Assembly (NCBI GenBank): GCA_965655095.1
Contig: OZ296648.1
Location: forward strand, 51,832,001 to 51,896,000
Source of the DNA: Haplodiscus bocki
Lineage: Eukaryota
Length of the DNA: 64,000 nucleotides
Direction of reading: 5' to 3'
The notes under the pieces were generated by a model. That model saw only the letters and a program-made list of their open reading frames with translations, did not search any database and was not told the origin of the DNA. Of the stretch, positions 1-13,734 are shown one piece after another; the first letter of the stretch is position 1; every line of letters starts with the position of its first letter. Both the position numbers and the translations under genes were made by a program.

Positions 1-250
1 TGCTGTATTAGAATTGAGTAAGTTACATTTGCATGACATATTACGATAAATTACAACCTTTTTTGGACAGGAAATTATTCAATTACACTATATCGATACC
101 GGTACCTTCGTTTTGAGTGTGAATACAAAAGATATTATCAAAGATTTAAAAAACTTAGAAGACATTTTTGATTTCAAAAAATTAGGTGAAAATCATGAAC
201 TATTCAGTAACAAAAACAAAAGTAGTTGGTAAATTTAAAATTGAAACTCT
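1..250 (+). pseudogene. Protein-primed DNA polymerase B fragment (Maverick/Polinton type), frameshifted
   Basis: Manual translation across frameshifts: AVLELSKLHL..YDKLQP/FGQEIIQLHYIDTGTFVLSVNTKDIIKDLKNLEDIFDF..ENHELFSNKNK/VVGKFKIET. YIDTGT is a degraded YxDTDS motif and is followed by the typical GKFKxE segment. Runs off the window start. Confidence 0.8.
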
Positions 251-789
251 CTTTGTTCATATGTAGAGATGATAATTAATATATTTTTGATAAGAAAATT
301 ATTTGTTTGAATATTAAAGAAAGTTTACCTTGGAATTGGTTTTTTTAGAATACTTTTATGTAATCATCCATACAAAAACTCTTGATCTTTTTCATTTACA
401 ATAGCCATTGTTCTCACCTTTAATTCCAGAAGTTTTTGTACTACGGATTTGAAAAAAATCAAATTTTTCTCTGTTCATTACAGAATATCTATATTGTTTG
501 ATAACTTCAACTTTCTAAAGAGAATCCGTATCAATATTATTATTATAAATATCATTCCTTAAACAATGTATCATTCTTAATAATTTGAAAATAATAACAT
601 GATCTTCATCTTTATTAGTTTTCACATTTCTTCATATAAAATTTGTATTATGGTTGGCATTGTCTATTTTTGATTTTTATTCCAATGATAACATTGGAAT
701 AGCAATAAATGAAGTCTTCCAAGATGTTTTATTGAAAAAGATTTTTCTATTTCAATTACTTGGTTACTAATAAATGAATTAAAACTAAT

Positions 790-1242
790 TATATGTTGTA
801 AAAGAAAATAAACATGATAACCCACTAACCACTGACATAAATTCTATATTAGATAGTTGTTTTAAAGATTGTCACAAAAATTATTTTCCTGAATCTAAAT
901 ATAAATGTATATATGATATTAAACTCACAAATATCACTAATAATGAAACAATTCATTTGACAATTATTGGTACAAGCATGAATTTGTATGGTTTATTTGA
1001 AAAATTAACAGTTGCTAGACTAAAAGATGTTATATTTAATCAAATAAACAAATTTAAAAAAAACGTGTTCGCATTTACGATATATAAACATGAGTTTTTA
1101 TCTGAAACTTCAAATACCGATGTGTCATAGACAGTTTTTTAGAGTAATCTGACAAAATCGAGATTATATCGAACGTTTCTGCAATGATGGGGAAAACACT
1201 TTTCATTTTGCATGTCAGAAATTGTTCAATGAGATAAACTAA
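790..1242 (+). pseudogene. Decayed unknown ORF within the Maverick-like relic
   Basis: Reads YVVKENKHDNPLTTDINSILDSCFKDCHKNYF...FNQINK/HLRYINMSFYLKLQIPMCHRQFFRVI*QNRDYIERFCNDGENTFHFACQKLFNEIN*, with one frameshift and one internal stop. Function not recognised. Confidence 0.45.
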
Positions 1243-1345
1243 AAATTGTACGTAATTTTATAATTTCACTTATTTTTATAATATAACATATTTTTATAAT
1301 TTCAATTTTATTTCTAATTCAACATAATATTATAATTTCACGACT

Positions 1346-1951
1346 AGTAGTATGTAAAACAGAATATGACGTCAGACGGCAAGAATCGCACAGAATCAAG
1401 AATAGTAAACCACGACCAAAATATGAAAGACACCATACACAACGTATAATCATACATTATCTTTTTTATTATATTCATACACAAAAGTGCAATTTGATAA
1501 TGTTTAAATTTAATTTTACATCACTGATAAAGTATAACTCTTTTCATGTACGAAATTGAATTTTAATTTTTTCCTTTTACTTTATCGTTAAAGTATAATT
1601 TATTGTGTGTTCCATTTTTATTTTGTTCTGTAATTTTTTTTCTTATGTAATTTTATTTTCTCATATTTTTTGTTTTATATGATTACACCATGTGTATGTT
1701 AAAGTTTACTTTGTTTTGTATTTACTTTTTAAATTTGGTATGTAAAATTTTTTAACCTATTTTTTTTATTTTCTTATGTAATTATATTTTGTCCAATTTT
1801 TATTTTCTTGTGTAATTATATTTTAATTTTATTTTTCATTTTATATGATTATAACTTGTGTATTGTGTATCTCAAATTTTGGTTTTGGTTTAATATTCTT
1901 GAACCTGTTTGTCCGCGTTTTTTGGCGTCATTTTCTGTTTTATACACTACT
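1346..1951. repeat. Diverged ~100-bp inverted repeat pair with Polinton-type AGTAGT termini
   Basis: 1346 AGTAGTATGTAAAACAGAATATGACG... versus reverse complement from 1951 AGTAGTGTATAAAACAGAAAATGACG...; similarity continues to about 1440 and 1858. No clear 6-bp TSD. Confidence 0.7.
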
Positions 1952-4900
1952 AGCGTCTGCGGTTTGGATTTCTATATCAGAACGCGCTTTGAATTATCTT
2001 CTGGCAAAAAAAAATTGAAAACGTCTTTACATTTTCAGTTGATTGGTTGAAAACTACCGGAACAAAACCGACGCTAAACTGCAGCTGATGGACGCATACT
2101 CAACAAGAGGACAGTACGAGGTTTTCGAGCTTTAACTTTGGAAAATTGAGGACGTGATCCCAAATACTACGCGCGTGAAGGTTCCGCAAAACTTTTACGT
2201 TGGTTCACTTACGGGATGAATGAACTTGTAGTTTTCCTATGCTGCAAAGTAACAGTAGGACAGAGGAGGTCGTAACAAGTTTGTTTTAGCTTCGTAATTT
2301 TGAGACTTTCGCTTTAAAATGCTTCGATGAACGATATCACAGATCAACATATGCAAGTTATCAAAGAGTCCAAGCCAATCTGTAGAATCAAGGTCGAAAG
2401 CAGACGCTTTCGACTGCTAACTGGAGCAGACAACCAAATCCCAGGTGGATTGAACCAATAACAGAACTTCAGAAACTACATTCAGTGACTTGCATGAATT
2501 CCAATTGACCATCCCCAAACATGGAAGGTAAGCCAGGACTCCATCGTCAGTCATACTCACTGAAAGAGAAATGTAAACCAATTCCGATGTCACCACTCAA
2601 GGTTTCTATTGTTTGATCCAGTATATTCCCTCTTCCCCCAAAAAAGGTTGAAACTCTTGGAAGATTTCCGTAGAGTCAGAAAGACAACGACAGCGACTGA
2701 GGGGCAACTGATTCAATCATCATTGCAGGATCTTGGCATTGATATGACACTGAGATTGAAAACTAATACAAAAGTTTTTTTTCCACTGATGACGAAAATG
2801 CGGAATGGGAGCCACACTGATAGATCTACTTTAAAACAAAAGGTTGCGAGAAAAATTCTGATGGCTTACGTTCTCGGCATTTTGATGGCATTTTGGCTCA
2901 GATTTAGAAGAAATGGATCCACTGTCTATTTGGATGCAATCACGTACCACGAGTGTTTGGACAATTGACTTTGATTAGAAATCTCTTTTGCCTCAACTGT
3001 TGACAGGGAACACCCCAATGATCACAAAGTTACCAATAGCTCTTGTGTGCATCTTTAACGAAAAATTAAGCCCCTTTGTGGACAGTTGCTTGTCAGAAAA
3101 AGTCAACCAATTTACAAATGGACACCAAACCGTCAAGCCAATCATCAAAGGGATCGAGGAAATTCGATCTGAAAAGCAAACCCTGTATTAAGGTTGAGAA
3201 CTTAGAAAATGTTGCATTGACGAACAACTCGACGAACGTTTGACTCAGTAGAAATCAGACTGACAAGACACTGGATCGCCTGCAGAGAATAATGCAGCGA
3301 CTAGTGTCCGAAAGCAGTGGGCAGCAAATCGGGAAGAAAAGCATCGAGGCGTGTCTGGGGCCCTCTCTCAAACGGTAGATTTTGCATGAGTTCACATTTT
3401 CACAAGCGGAGCTGGCTCCTCCAGAAAAAATCAAGGGCATACGCATTGAAACCAAAGAGCACCTCAAAGAGCATGGCAGCCATTCAACGAAACCGGGAGC
3501 GGTGTCACGCGGCCAAAACGCTTCATTTGTATCCAGAAATTGCCAGAATATTAAAAAGTTCGATAACCATGATTTACCGTCAACTATGCAAACTGATGAC
3601 GACGACAGCTACTGTTAATCAATAGACAAAGAACTGTTGCGAGAAATTGAAGAATTTGATTGATAACCAGGCCCAGCCACCAAAACGCCGTTTTGAGCAG
3701 AAGCAATCTGATTTGAAGGAGTACATAAGCAAGACAGAGGACCAGAGCTCAGAAAGATAAGCATGAGGCAAAAAAGCATATCATGAATGGTGTCTCTGAG
3801 AAAAAGGAAGTGCTGCTGAAAAATGGCAAAAGAAAACTCCGTCATAGGGCGAGGAACAAACTTTCAACAAGAATGGGCGATTCTTATTTTAGAGGACATG
3901 CTTTTGGTTTCCTTCCATTGCAACACTGTTTCCACTTTTGCTCAGTTTTTTATCATGGAAAAATTCATCTGGAAGTCCAATCTGTTGATTGTCTTCAACT
4001 TCAACACCATTTTCATTTTTGCGCAATAGTCCCGAATCATAGAAAAGATTGTCTCTAGACGTTAGATTCGGAAGAAGAGGTCATGGAGTTATGCGGAAAC
4101 ACTCCGGAACTGCTAGTAGAATCGGGAAATCAAACATGCACCCTCGAAAACTAACCAAGTAGCAACCGATGAAGTTGAAAGCGTTGAGCCACATTTTTTC
4201 TGATATTCTGAGATCGTGCAGTTTTGAAAACCTCGAATTTTGATCTGAGGTGTTAATTCGACATGCCTTGCGGGGAAAAGTGCACCTTGAGAATTTTCGA
4301 CGAATTGAACGGAATATATATTGAAAGTGTCGTCTTTAGCGCTTTAGCAACTGAGTAGTGAAACACAGCACCATCAGAATAAGACAACCCGTTTTACGTC
4401 ACGAATGTAGGTCTCAGTTGGAAAGCTAGCGAAAGAAACGGAGTTTTTGGGGTTCTCCATGTGATTCTGGCAAGACTTTTTTTGTAGCCACAGATTTGCG
4501 ACCGTCATAAAGAACGCCATTCACCCACTGCATTTTTCAAATCCGCCCCAATTAATTCTCACCCATCGGTGCAATCGTCCTGCTTTTTTCATAATTCTTT
4601 CTGCAATTTCGAAATTGATAATGTCCAACGTTTTTTTACAGCAGATATCACTTTGCACCTATGTTTCTATCATTACGTTCCTTAATAGTTTTGATTAGAA
4701 CTTTTTCATCCAGGGAATTAGACCAATGAATCTCTTGTATTTTGAGCGCCAACACATTTAGCCGATCATATTTGCTACAGTTTTAAATTGCCATAGATTT
4801 TGAAAAGTAGTGTATATGCCAAATCATTTTGCATTGAAATGCAGTAAATTTAGCTCGACCAAATATTATCTTTTCCATGCCGATAAGAATCTTTGTCCCT

Positions 4901-5655
4901 CGAAATTCAAAAGGATGTTAATTTTGTTCGCAATCATTAATATCACTTTCAAATGTCATAGTCTGAACACTATGGATCAAGTTGCAAATCACTATGGATC
5001 AAGGAGTCACGATGCGTCTTTTTTGCCCAGCTTGGTAAACTTCGATATAAACCAGCATGCTAGCCTAAACGACTACAGGTGATATGTTACATGGATTCAA
5101 ATGATACATGAACTTGCAATACATGTTACGGAACTCACGAGCCATGCTACCAGCTGGCCGACGGCTCTGTTAACCAATTGTTCAATGAGCCGATTTTAGC
5201 TGACTTCCTAAATACTATTGGCTGAGGTTGTGTGATTCGGTTACGTGACAAATACGAATGATTAGCTGAAATCGAAAACGCGTAAAGCAAATTTGTTCAA
5301 TTGCACAGTCGCTTAATTGAGCTGTCGGCTAACTAACTGAACGGCATCCGCCAAGGAAAACTTTTGCTTGGCGTCTGTCTGCACGGGTCACGTGCAGTGG
5401 TAGAAACAAAACACATAATAGTAAATTTAGTGAGTCTGCAGAATTGTGTTCTCTCTGTCAGTCTGCATGAGAGACTTGAGATAAAATATTCAACTTTTGA
5501 TTTTGTCTGAGAGCAATTTCTACTTATATCTAAATCCATCTACACTGCATGTTAATGATATGCGAAAATTTGTGGCATTGATTGATAATTTTTTTCTTTC
5601 AAAAGATCAAATTTTAGCAATTTAGGAATGCTATTTAGATTGCAGCATATGCGGG

Positions 5656-5859
5656 GGATCTTTTCTGTTATCTCCACAGTAGAAGCTCAAAATTTAACTC
5701 CCCCCCCCCCCCCCCAGGCAGAAGCGAGCTCGTCTCTGATTGGCTAAAATTCACAAGTTAAAACATTACGGCGCTTATTATTTCGCATATCCATTATGGT
5801 GTGGGGGGAGTTAAATCAGTGGGGGGGGGAGGGAGGGGAGGAGTTATCAGAAAAGATCC
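5656..5859. mobile_element. MITE with ~19-bp TIR and probable 8-bp TSD
   Basis: GGATCTTTTCTGTTATCTC versus reverse complement GGATCTTTTCTGATAACTC (17/19). Flanks TATGCGGG (5648-5655) and TATGCCGG (5860-5867). Internal C-run and G-run. Confidence 0.75.
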
Positions 5860-7526
5860 TATGCCGGTTTATGCAGGCCTTCGGACGGAATAATGTAAGG
5901 ATTCGCCCTGTTAAGTATTCGTCTAAAATTATAACGAGATATGCCTTAATTTTAAGGAAATAAGAGAATTATATCTTTCAATTGGCAGATTGGTTGTACA
6001 AAAATTTGAAAATTTGCAGTTGATCCTCTCGTCAAGGTTGCTCGTTAGAGAAATTACCTGGAATATACAGTTTGAAAAAAATGTTATGGAATAAAATTAA
6101 ATCAATCTATTTAATCCCTACTTCAAATTTGATTGGCTTCATCAGGATATATTTCTTTCCAGTTATTGCAGAAATAATGGCAAGCTCATTGTAGCATTTG
6201 GTTAAAATAAAAAATGAACTGAACTATTGTCAAATACGTACGATGCCATGCGCAGTCATTGAAACCTTAACACTTCAACTCCCGAGCGCTGTCATGTTGA
6301 CTTCTTTCTTCCTCGACGTGAAATCTTGGCTGGACGAACGAAATCGTGAATTACAAAGTGCGTAGCTGTCTAGGAGCTTGCCAATTCGTTTACGAACATA
6401 AAGGACGTTTTTCATAATATGTTCGCAGGCGAGCAGGATTTCAGGGTAAGAAAAAATTTTGAGCTGTAAACTATTTTGCCGCGCATATATCTTTTGATGT
6501 CCAAAAACGGAGTGAGATCTTCTTCTTCTTTGCTGTTACGCCAGTTTAGCTTCGTTGTCTTTGGTTATCGCCTGTGAAGCTTCCCTGCGGTTGGCTAGGC
6601 CGCAGGTGTTTTTGATGGCTAGCGGTGTTTCTGCCCAGTAGCGTGGCCTAGGTTAAACGCGCTGCTGGGCCCAAATCCACCCTTGTGTGGTCTTTGATCG
6701 TTTTCGCTTGGCTTTTTTCTCTTCGTGCAGAAGCCACGCCCATCGACAAGCCGGAGCTGGAGCGAGATCAAGCATCGAGCGTCAAACGCCATTTTTATTG
6801 CGGCACAAAATTTTCTTGTACGCATCATTGCAACTGAAAAGATGCGGGCTTTTATATTGAAATAAGATTTTGAAGATCATTTTTCAATAACTATTAATAA
6901 CAGGCCCAAATTGAATTTTTTCTTACCTCAAGTCACTAAGTTTACGCCTAATTTAGAGAACGTTGATAGGATTTTGTGGGCTATTGATTGAAAGACTCAA
7001 TAGATTGAGCAAGATACATGTTGTTCCTATGGTGAAGAACCTGTCCAGAACAGAGTTCAAATATTCATAGACAGAGACAACATGAAGAAAGTGAGAAAAG
7101 CGAAAGAACATTGGGAAGAACCGTACTTCCATGGAGAAATGATTACAACTCTTCATAGATTATGGGTCAACCTATTTACTATTTGGTCAAGACAGATATG
7201 GTTATTTATTGGCTGGGGGAAATAAAATGGTTTAAAATTAAATAAATTTAATTGCATTACTCAGCAAAAAAAAACCTTTAGAAACTTCTGTAAAGGTTTT
7301 TTGCAGAAACAAGCCGTCCTCGAAAATTTAAGGAAATTTGAAAGCATTAATTTTAGACAAATTGAGACAGCCGTATTTGACAGTTATTCAGGGACGACAA
7401 TGATTAGTCAATTTTCACTTGTTTTACCCTGAAATGCTGGATAAGATCTCATTTTTGAAGAAATCTTGATTTTAAAAGCTAGAAAAGCCCCTGCTGGCTG
7501 CACCGTCGGAGACTGAAAAGCTTTCG

Positions 7527-7712
7527 GACTTTTTCGGTTAACTCCCCCCCTCCCCTCACCAGTGGTAACAAGATTTTTAAAAACGCCTCGCGGAATCAAA
7601 TTCTTCTGTGATTGACTAAAATTCACTCGCGCGAGTTAAAACACTACGCGACTTATTATTGTGGTATGTGGGGGAGGACTAAATCAGTCGGGAGGGGGTT
7701 ATTAAAAAGCTT
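7527..7712. mobile_element. Diverged MITE related to 5656-5859
   Basis: Shares the internal segment GATTG(G/A)CTAAAATTCAC..AGTTAAAACA(T/C)TACG..CTTATTATT and the C-rich left / G-rich right arms. Confidence 0.55.
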
Positions 7713-7744
7713 TGAAGAAAGTATTTCACGGTAGGTTGTATGAA

Positions 7745-10700
7745 AGAGACCAATAATGCAGAAGACTCCTAAAAAACATTGTTTCTTCTCTGAATGCTTC
7801 CAAACCTTAGTTTTCCGCCTCACAAGACGACAAAGCCACTGTTGGTTGTTTTCGAGTCTACCCAAAGATGAAGCCCTCACTTTTCCAAACTTGAAAAGAT
7901 ACGCAGTTGTTGATCGCCTGTTGTTCATGTTTCCGCTCCAATCTGCTTCTATTTTAACCAGTAAATTGAAATTGCCATTATATGGATGCACTAGTTTCAA
8001 ATAAATAAACGTTTGTAGATACCGCAGCACTCGTTTGGCTGCATTGTAATGTGCTGCAGTTAGCTTTTTTTTATACCTTCATAGGGCATTAACTGTTAAA
8101 ATTACACCTGGTTTAATCTGCTTTGCTGGATATAGTGTTGAATCTACGAGGCTACCATGAAGAGTCACAACAACTAAGTCATCGTCATTCTTTGTTTTTT
8201 TGAGTTTTAGGTTTACTCAGGCTGATGTCTTCTTTGGGTTTGCCATCTTGCATGCTATATTTTTCAACTATGGTCGTGACGTAACTTTCTTGGTCTAGTG
8301 TAACTTTGTTGTTGGTTTTATCAACTGTCATGCCTGAGAACCATTGAACAACAACTCTGTCATCTATGCAGAATTTCTGTTCAAAAAGTTTTTTCCGTCA
8401 CTTTTTTTTAGCTGTGTTTGAACCGGCTGTGAGTAGGTTGTCTGCCGAGGTCCGAACGATTGTTGTCGTATGTGCGTTTTTCTAGTAAACACAGTAGTCA
8501 TCCAAAGGTCGTTGGAAATCTTGGGTAGCGAAAAATGTTGCTAACTCCTCGCAATAAATGTTAGTTGCATTTTTGAATCCGTAGTTAGACTTTTTCAATC
8601 CACAAACTGCTTTCTGAAAGCATGATCACTTTTCTCAACATCTGAAAAGTTGCTCTAGGTATCTAGGTAATTTTATTCTTTTACTTTTGGAAGCAAAGAA
8701 GCAATATCAACATCCATCTGTCTCAAAAGGCAGCTTTTTTGCCGCTGAAGCAGAAGCGTTCTAAAAGTTTTAAGCTTGCTAGTCGGTGCAAAAGTTTCAA
8801 CGCAATCAATACCTTATCTCTGCTTTTAACTTGTTACTAAGCATCCAGCCTCAACTTTTTATAATGGACCATTTCAATCAATTTTCAGTCTGCAGAATCA
8901 TTCTTCCGAACAAATAGTTTCAGCGCCACTTTTTTTTACTGTTTTTCTTTTGATGAAAAGCGTTTGGTTCTTCAGGTATCATCGAGGCCACTGCACTATC
9001 GGCAAAGTCTTTTCCATCCAGTTGTCGTGGATTTTTTGATCTACTGCTTCCAACTAGCTTTCTCCATGCCTTAGTGGCTTGGTTTCCGGTCTAATACTTC
9101 TCTTGGTACGCGGACCGTCTTGTTATAGTTTCGACGGTGCTCGGCACAATGCTAATTTTTAAAAGCTGCCCTGCCAATCCTAGTCGGCTACATACCCCAA
9201 ATTTCCTGTTCAGTTGAACCGGTCGTGGTTGTTGGCACAGATTACTTGATCTAAACGTTCGTTCCTGTTTGACAGGACTTATAGAACCTCGGAGCACACT
9301 CACTCCGGCTGATGTACTAAAACTGAATAACCTGTCATAGGTTGCAATTCTAATGAAATTCTTCCAGCTTCTTGATGAGTTTGTTTTTTGAAGGTTGCCG
9401 AAGAATCCTCCTTGGAGTAGGCAATGGAGGTTTCTTCACTGATATACTTTGATCCTGAAGACGTTTCTCAGTATTATCAGAATCTGGTTTTGAAAGGATA
9501 GTTAGTTTCTCAGACCCATTAGGAACAAATAATTCTTACTGCGTTTTCTCAGTGCAAGACATTTCTTGATTATAAAAGGCTTGTCGAACGCAAAAACACA
9601 TCAGTTTCATCAATATTAGGGTTTTCATTGAAAAAAAGTAATTCACCTTCACGGAAAATCACTTTTCTAGCCGTGATTTTTACGGATTTTAAGATCTAGC
9701 TTTACCTCGGAAATACCATTTCTTTCATATCACGAAAACACATACTTTCCTGCATAAGGGTCAATTTTTGATTTTTCATTGCCTCGTTTCTTCACAAAGA
9801 CAAGACAGCCCAAACTGTTTGATGATCAGTTTAGAAATTTTCACAGATAATGTTTTCAAAGGACGAATTGCGTTCATTTTAATTCACTACAATTTTCAAA
9901 TACGATACCGTGTCGAATGAACGCAGCCGAAACGTTTTGGAATTGGTGATCGAAATTATGAACTTTCTACAGCGGCCCGGTTATAGAACTCAGTGACACC
10001 ATTTTTTCGAAAATATTTGGGCACAATGAACTCCTTTCTGTTCAACGCAGAATTTTTGAATTCTTTTAGTTGTGTAGTTGCTTTTTTGTCAGTTGGCAAA
10101 AATCTTGGTGTGTCATCATCGACCATAAACTCTTTGAAGCAATCCAATACACGGCTGTTTCGACTGAGTTGTCATAACGGAAACAATTGTAATTGTCAAT
10201 CAAAGTTACAAACAATCGGTAACCATTTTATGTGGATGTACTTGGAAAACTAACAGCGTCTAAAGAATCTCTTTCTTTAGGACTTTTTGCTTTAGTTTTT
10301 ATGTATTCTGAAACTGGGAATTTTTTATTTTCGACCTTTTACAGGTTTTAGAGTTTGACGGTCTGAAGCAATTTTTTCCTCAGACGAAAATTTAACATTC
10401 ATCTGAGAATAACTTATCCTATTTCTTTGCGCCACATTTCCGAGCGTTGACCGCTTTCCCCATTCAGATTAAATTAGAATTGTTCCATTGGAAAACAAGG
10501 CAGAAATAATTTTTTTCCTTCGCTGTTTTTCGAAATTTCTTTTGTTTTTCAATGCAAAAGACCGCATTTTTCAAATAGACATAAGAAAGGCGTTTGTTGA
10601 TAACGTTGGATAGCTTTAAGATGTTTGTTCAAAACTTTGTCAACACAAAGGTTGTCCTTTCCGCTTTGCTCGTTTTCAACCACAATTTCTACGTCACACA

Positions 10701-11690
10701 CGCCTTTGACATCCGTTTTTCCATCATCTATGTATATAAGAATTACTGAAATTTATATCAATAAAAAACTAACTACCAAGAACAAGTAATTGATCAGTGC
10801 TGCTTGAATCTAAAAAATCTCTGAATTAAATTTCGCGTTTCGTCATTTCTCCGGACAATGCAAGTACCTGACATGTACGGAAAATTTTGACCGCCTGACT
10901 TTGGTCGAAGGTTTTGGCCAAGATGTTCATTCTCACTCGACACTCCAATCGCTAGAATACTACTCAACGTGCACGAGCTGACTTGATCATTTCTTCTGCA
11001 ACTGACGCACATTTTCAAAATGCGCCTTTTGCTTACACTTTTTGGAACAATCTTCCTATTGTATCTGCAGTCCCTAAAAATTGGCCTGTTCTACCGCAAC
11101 AAAATTACTGAAAGCCTGAAGTAGACTTCTTTGACATAACTCCTGGTAAGGACTTTTGCCGAGACTGATTGACTTTGTTCTGCTACTTTATCCCATCACT
11201 ATGTGACTGTCATCACTGCCCTTGCGTTGAAATTGTTCATCTTGGTGGTTAAAAAATTGCATTCGCAGTTCGGCAAAAGACCCGGCAGGTTTGAAACACT
11301 CTTGTACCATAAAATGTTCAAAGGGCTCACGAAACCCATTGAGGTTCATCGCATTGAAGAGTGGCTCTGATAGTACCTCGCCAGCATGCACCAATCTGAT
11401 CAACAGCTCTTCAGCAGCAATGAATCGGTTGTCCAACCCTTCGATATTTTTAAATTTGAGCCTGACCAGTTGCCTCATGACACTTAGCACTGTGACTGTC
11501 CCATCAATTTGTAACGGCTGTTGCAAACAATTTCAGTTTTTCTGTCCGTCGCCAAGTCCATATCCGTCCACATACTTATGTTTGATCAAAATCAAAGTAG
11601 TGCTTCCCAACACCATAGCCAAACAGCACAAGAAGCAAGATGGTGTTGTTTTTGTGGACTGAGCTGCAACTTGTTCTCGTGCTTCCATTT
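7745..11690 (-). mobile_element. Decayed Ty1/copia LTR retrotransposon internal region (gag-INT-RT-RNaseH)
   Basis: Domain order on the minus strand: gag (LIRLVHAGEVLSEPLFNAMNLNG, ~11.3 kb), integrase (PRFLPTD..EFK..NGVTEFYNRAAVE, ~10.0 kb), RT (ETFAPTSKLKTFR, QMDVDIA, GLKKSNYGFK, RVLRYL, 8.0-8.8 kb), RNase H (EADWSGNMNNRRSTTAY, ~7.9 kb). INT before RT indicates copia. Many stops and frameshifts; LTRs not seen. Confidence 0.9.
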
Positions 11691-13734
11691 GTGCGTTGTG
11701 CGTTTTAAGTTCAACTTCAGTGGTCCCTGAAGAAAGCTGGTCTGGTCATAAAGGGATCGTTTCTGTCCCAAGCAGCGTCTTCAGTGGGCTTTTCGTTTGA
11801 GCAAAGGCCAGTGAATGGGTACAGCGGATTAGAAATTCTTCTTGTTGGCCAAAAAAGCACAAAAGTTGAGGCTGTTGACAGTGTTTGCCAATTTTTGGTT
11901 TTCCATTGTCTAGAAAAAAAACGATTCTCCTTTTTTTGGCAACAAACCAATGGACTGATTCAATTCGGTAGCGGCCTTCTCTCGTTAATGGTTTTTGTGC
12001 TAAGGAAACACTTTTTGTCTAAAAGAAAAATTCCGTTCTTAGAATAAGCCAAAACCAACCAACCTCGTAGGTGCCCCTTACCTTTTACTCCTGAGCATGA
12101 AATGAGACCTTCCACCACTGGATTGTAGAACTGAATCTTGGTGAACTGCAACTTTATCCCAGAAGAACTGATTTTTCTCGGCGCATGATAGTCAGCGAGA
12201 AACACTCTAAATTTCAATCTTTCCTTAAGAAAACGGGCATAGGAGTCTGCACCCATAACTTGTCGGACAGTTGCTTTGAGACAAAAGATTTTCAATTAGG
12301 AGAAGCAAACGTACTGAATGAAAATTAAGAAAAAATTCAGGTTTAGTATTCAAAGTTTAATTAGACGTTTTCAAGAAGGCACAGGGCTTTGATTTTATAC
12401 AACAATCGCGTCTTCATAGCCTTTGTAATTAAAAACATTTTCATCTTTTACGGATGAAATAGAAAGTAATAACACTCATTAAAGAGCCTCTTTGGCATCA
12501 ATCATTGGCATATTTTGAACTTTCAAATATATTTTTCATGATGAACAAAACCAGCCTATGAGGTATAAACGAAAAAGTGGCGTGATGTTTGATTCAAATA
12601 TGAGCGTATTTTGAGCATTTGAATAATGAGCTTACAAAGTTCGAATTATCAAGGAAAAGTACTTTGCCTTGTGCATGTTCGAATATGGAACAATTTCGAA
12701 CGCAGGTTTTTTTTCGATGGTCATAAAAATTTCAGAAGCTATCTTTACAAATGGCAGTGTTTCAATAGTACTGGTTTTCTGTCCGTAAAAAGAAGCTTGG
12801 GGTTAACAGCCACGGATGGAACAAGGCAAGCCTAGTAAGACAAAAATTTGGTAAAAATTAGCCTGAGATGTCTCAGTATGTGCCCAAGGATACCCTTGTC
12901 GCCAATATAACCTACTATGGTGCTTCCCTGGAATTTACCAAGTTCACTAGTTGACTCTGAGCCCAGCCCTGGGGCCGTAGCAAGTTATCCGTGTAAAGTT
13001 TTGATAATTTATGCTTTTCACTGACCATCAAGGTAATCAGCCCCTGGAATTGCGGTAAAATGGAAAAGATGTTTGCTGCATGTAAAATAGCTTCACTTAT
13101 ATCTTAAAACGTGAAAAAATGACATTAATTTTGTTTTTAATTACATTCTTTAAAAAACTAATAAAACCCCGCCAAATTTTCCAAATTTCGTCAAAGAGAC
13201 GTGGAAAAATTCAACGCAACAGACAAATTTCGAGCATGGCAAATTTTATAGGAATCATTTAGAATCATTCAAAAAGTGTGAGATAACAAACAAAATCATA
13301 CAATTTTTTACGATGCCTTCAATATGCTCAAAGCGAAGAACATTCTAACAAGCATCAGCAATAAGGAAGTTTATAAAATTTATATAAGGTGTGCAAATGT
13401 GAAAACCCATTCCAAAAAATTGTTTCTCCAATTGATTAATAACAATTCCTCTAATTGAAGCTGTAACATTGTTATGATGAAGAGAAGTCAGAAATGCTAT
13501 GGCTGAAGCGCGGAAAGTTTTGAAACTGCAGATAAGGGATTGCATTGGTCTGTTCCTGTTTTTTTTTACCACGCTGTCTCGAGCATACATCGATATTCTG
13601 ATCAAGCAGCCACGCTTCGTAAGTAATAATTCTCTGCAAAACTTTCACTTTCAACTGAATTCTTAGTGGCTGAGTCAATTTCCAGCAGGCCACACAGTTA
13701 CCATTCCTATTTAACTGAGTCTCGTTACGGATAT

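Larger units (their letters stand above)
1..1951. mobile_element. Rearranged Maverick/Polinton-like relic
   Basis: Very AT-rich block with the PolB fragment, decayed ORFs on both strands (about 255-660 minus, about 790-1242 plus) and AGTAGT-terminated inverted repeats. Confidence 0.65.

Noticed and set aside
12740-12950. Cadherin-like words (STGFLSVKRSL, LTATDG)
   Set aside because: Too short, wrong spacing, no LDxE or DxNDN motifs.
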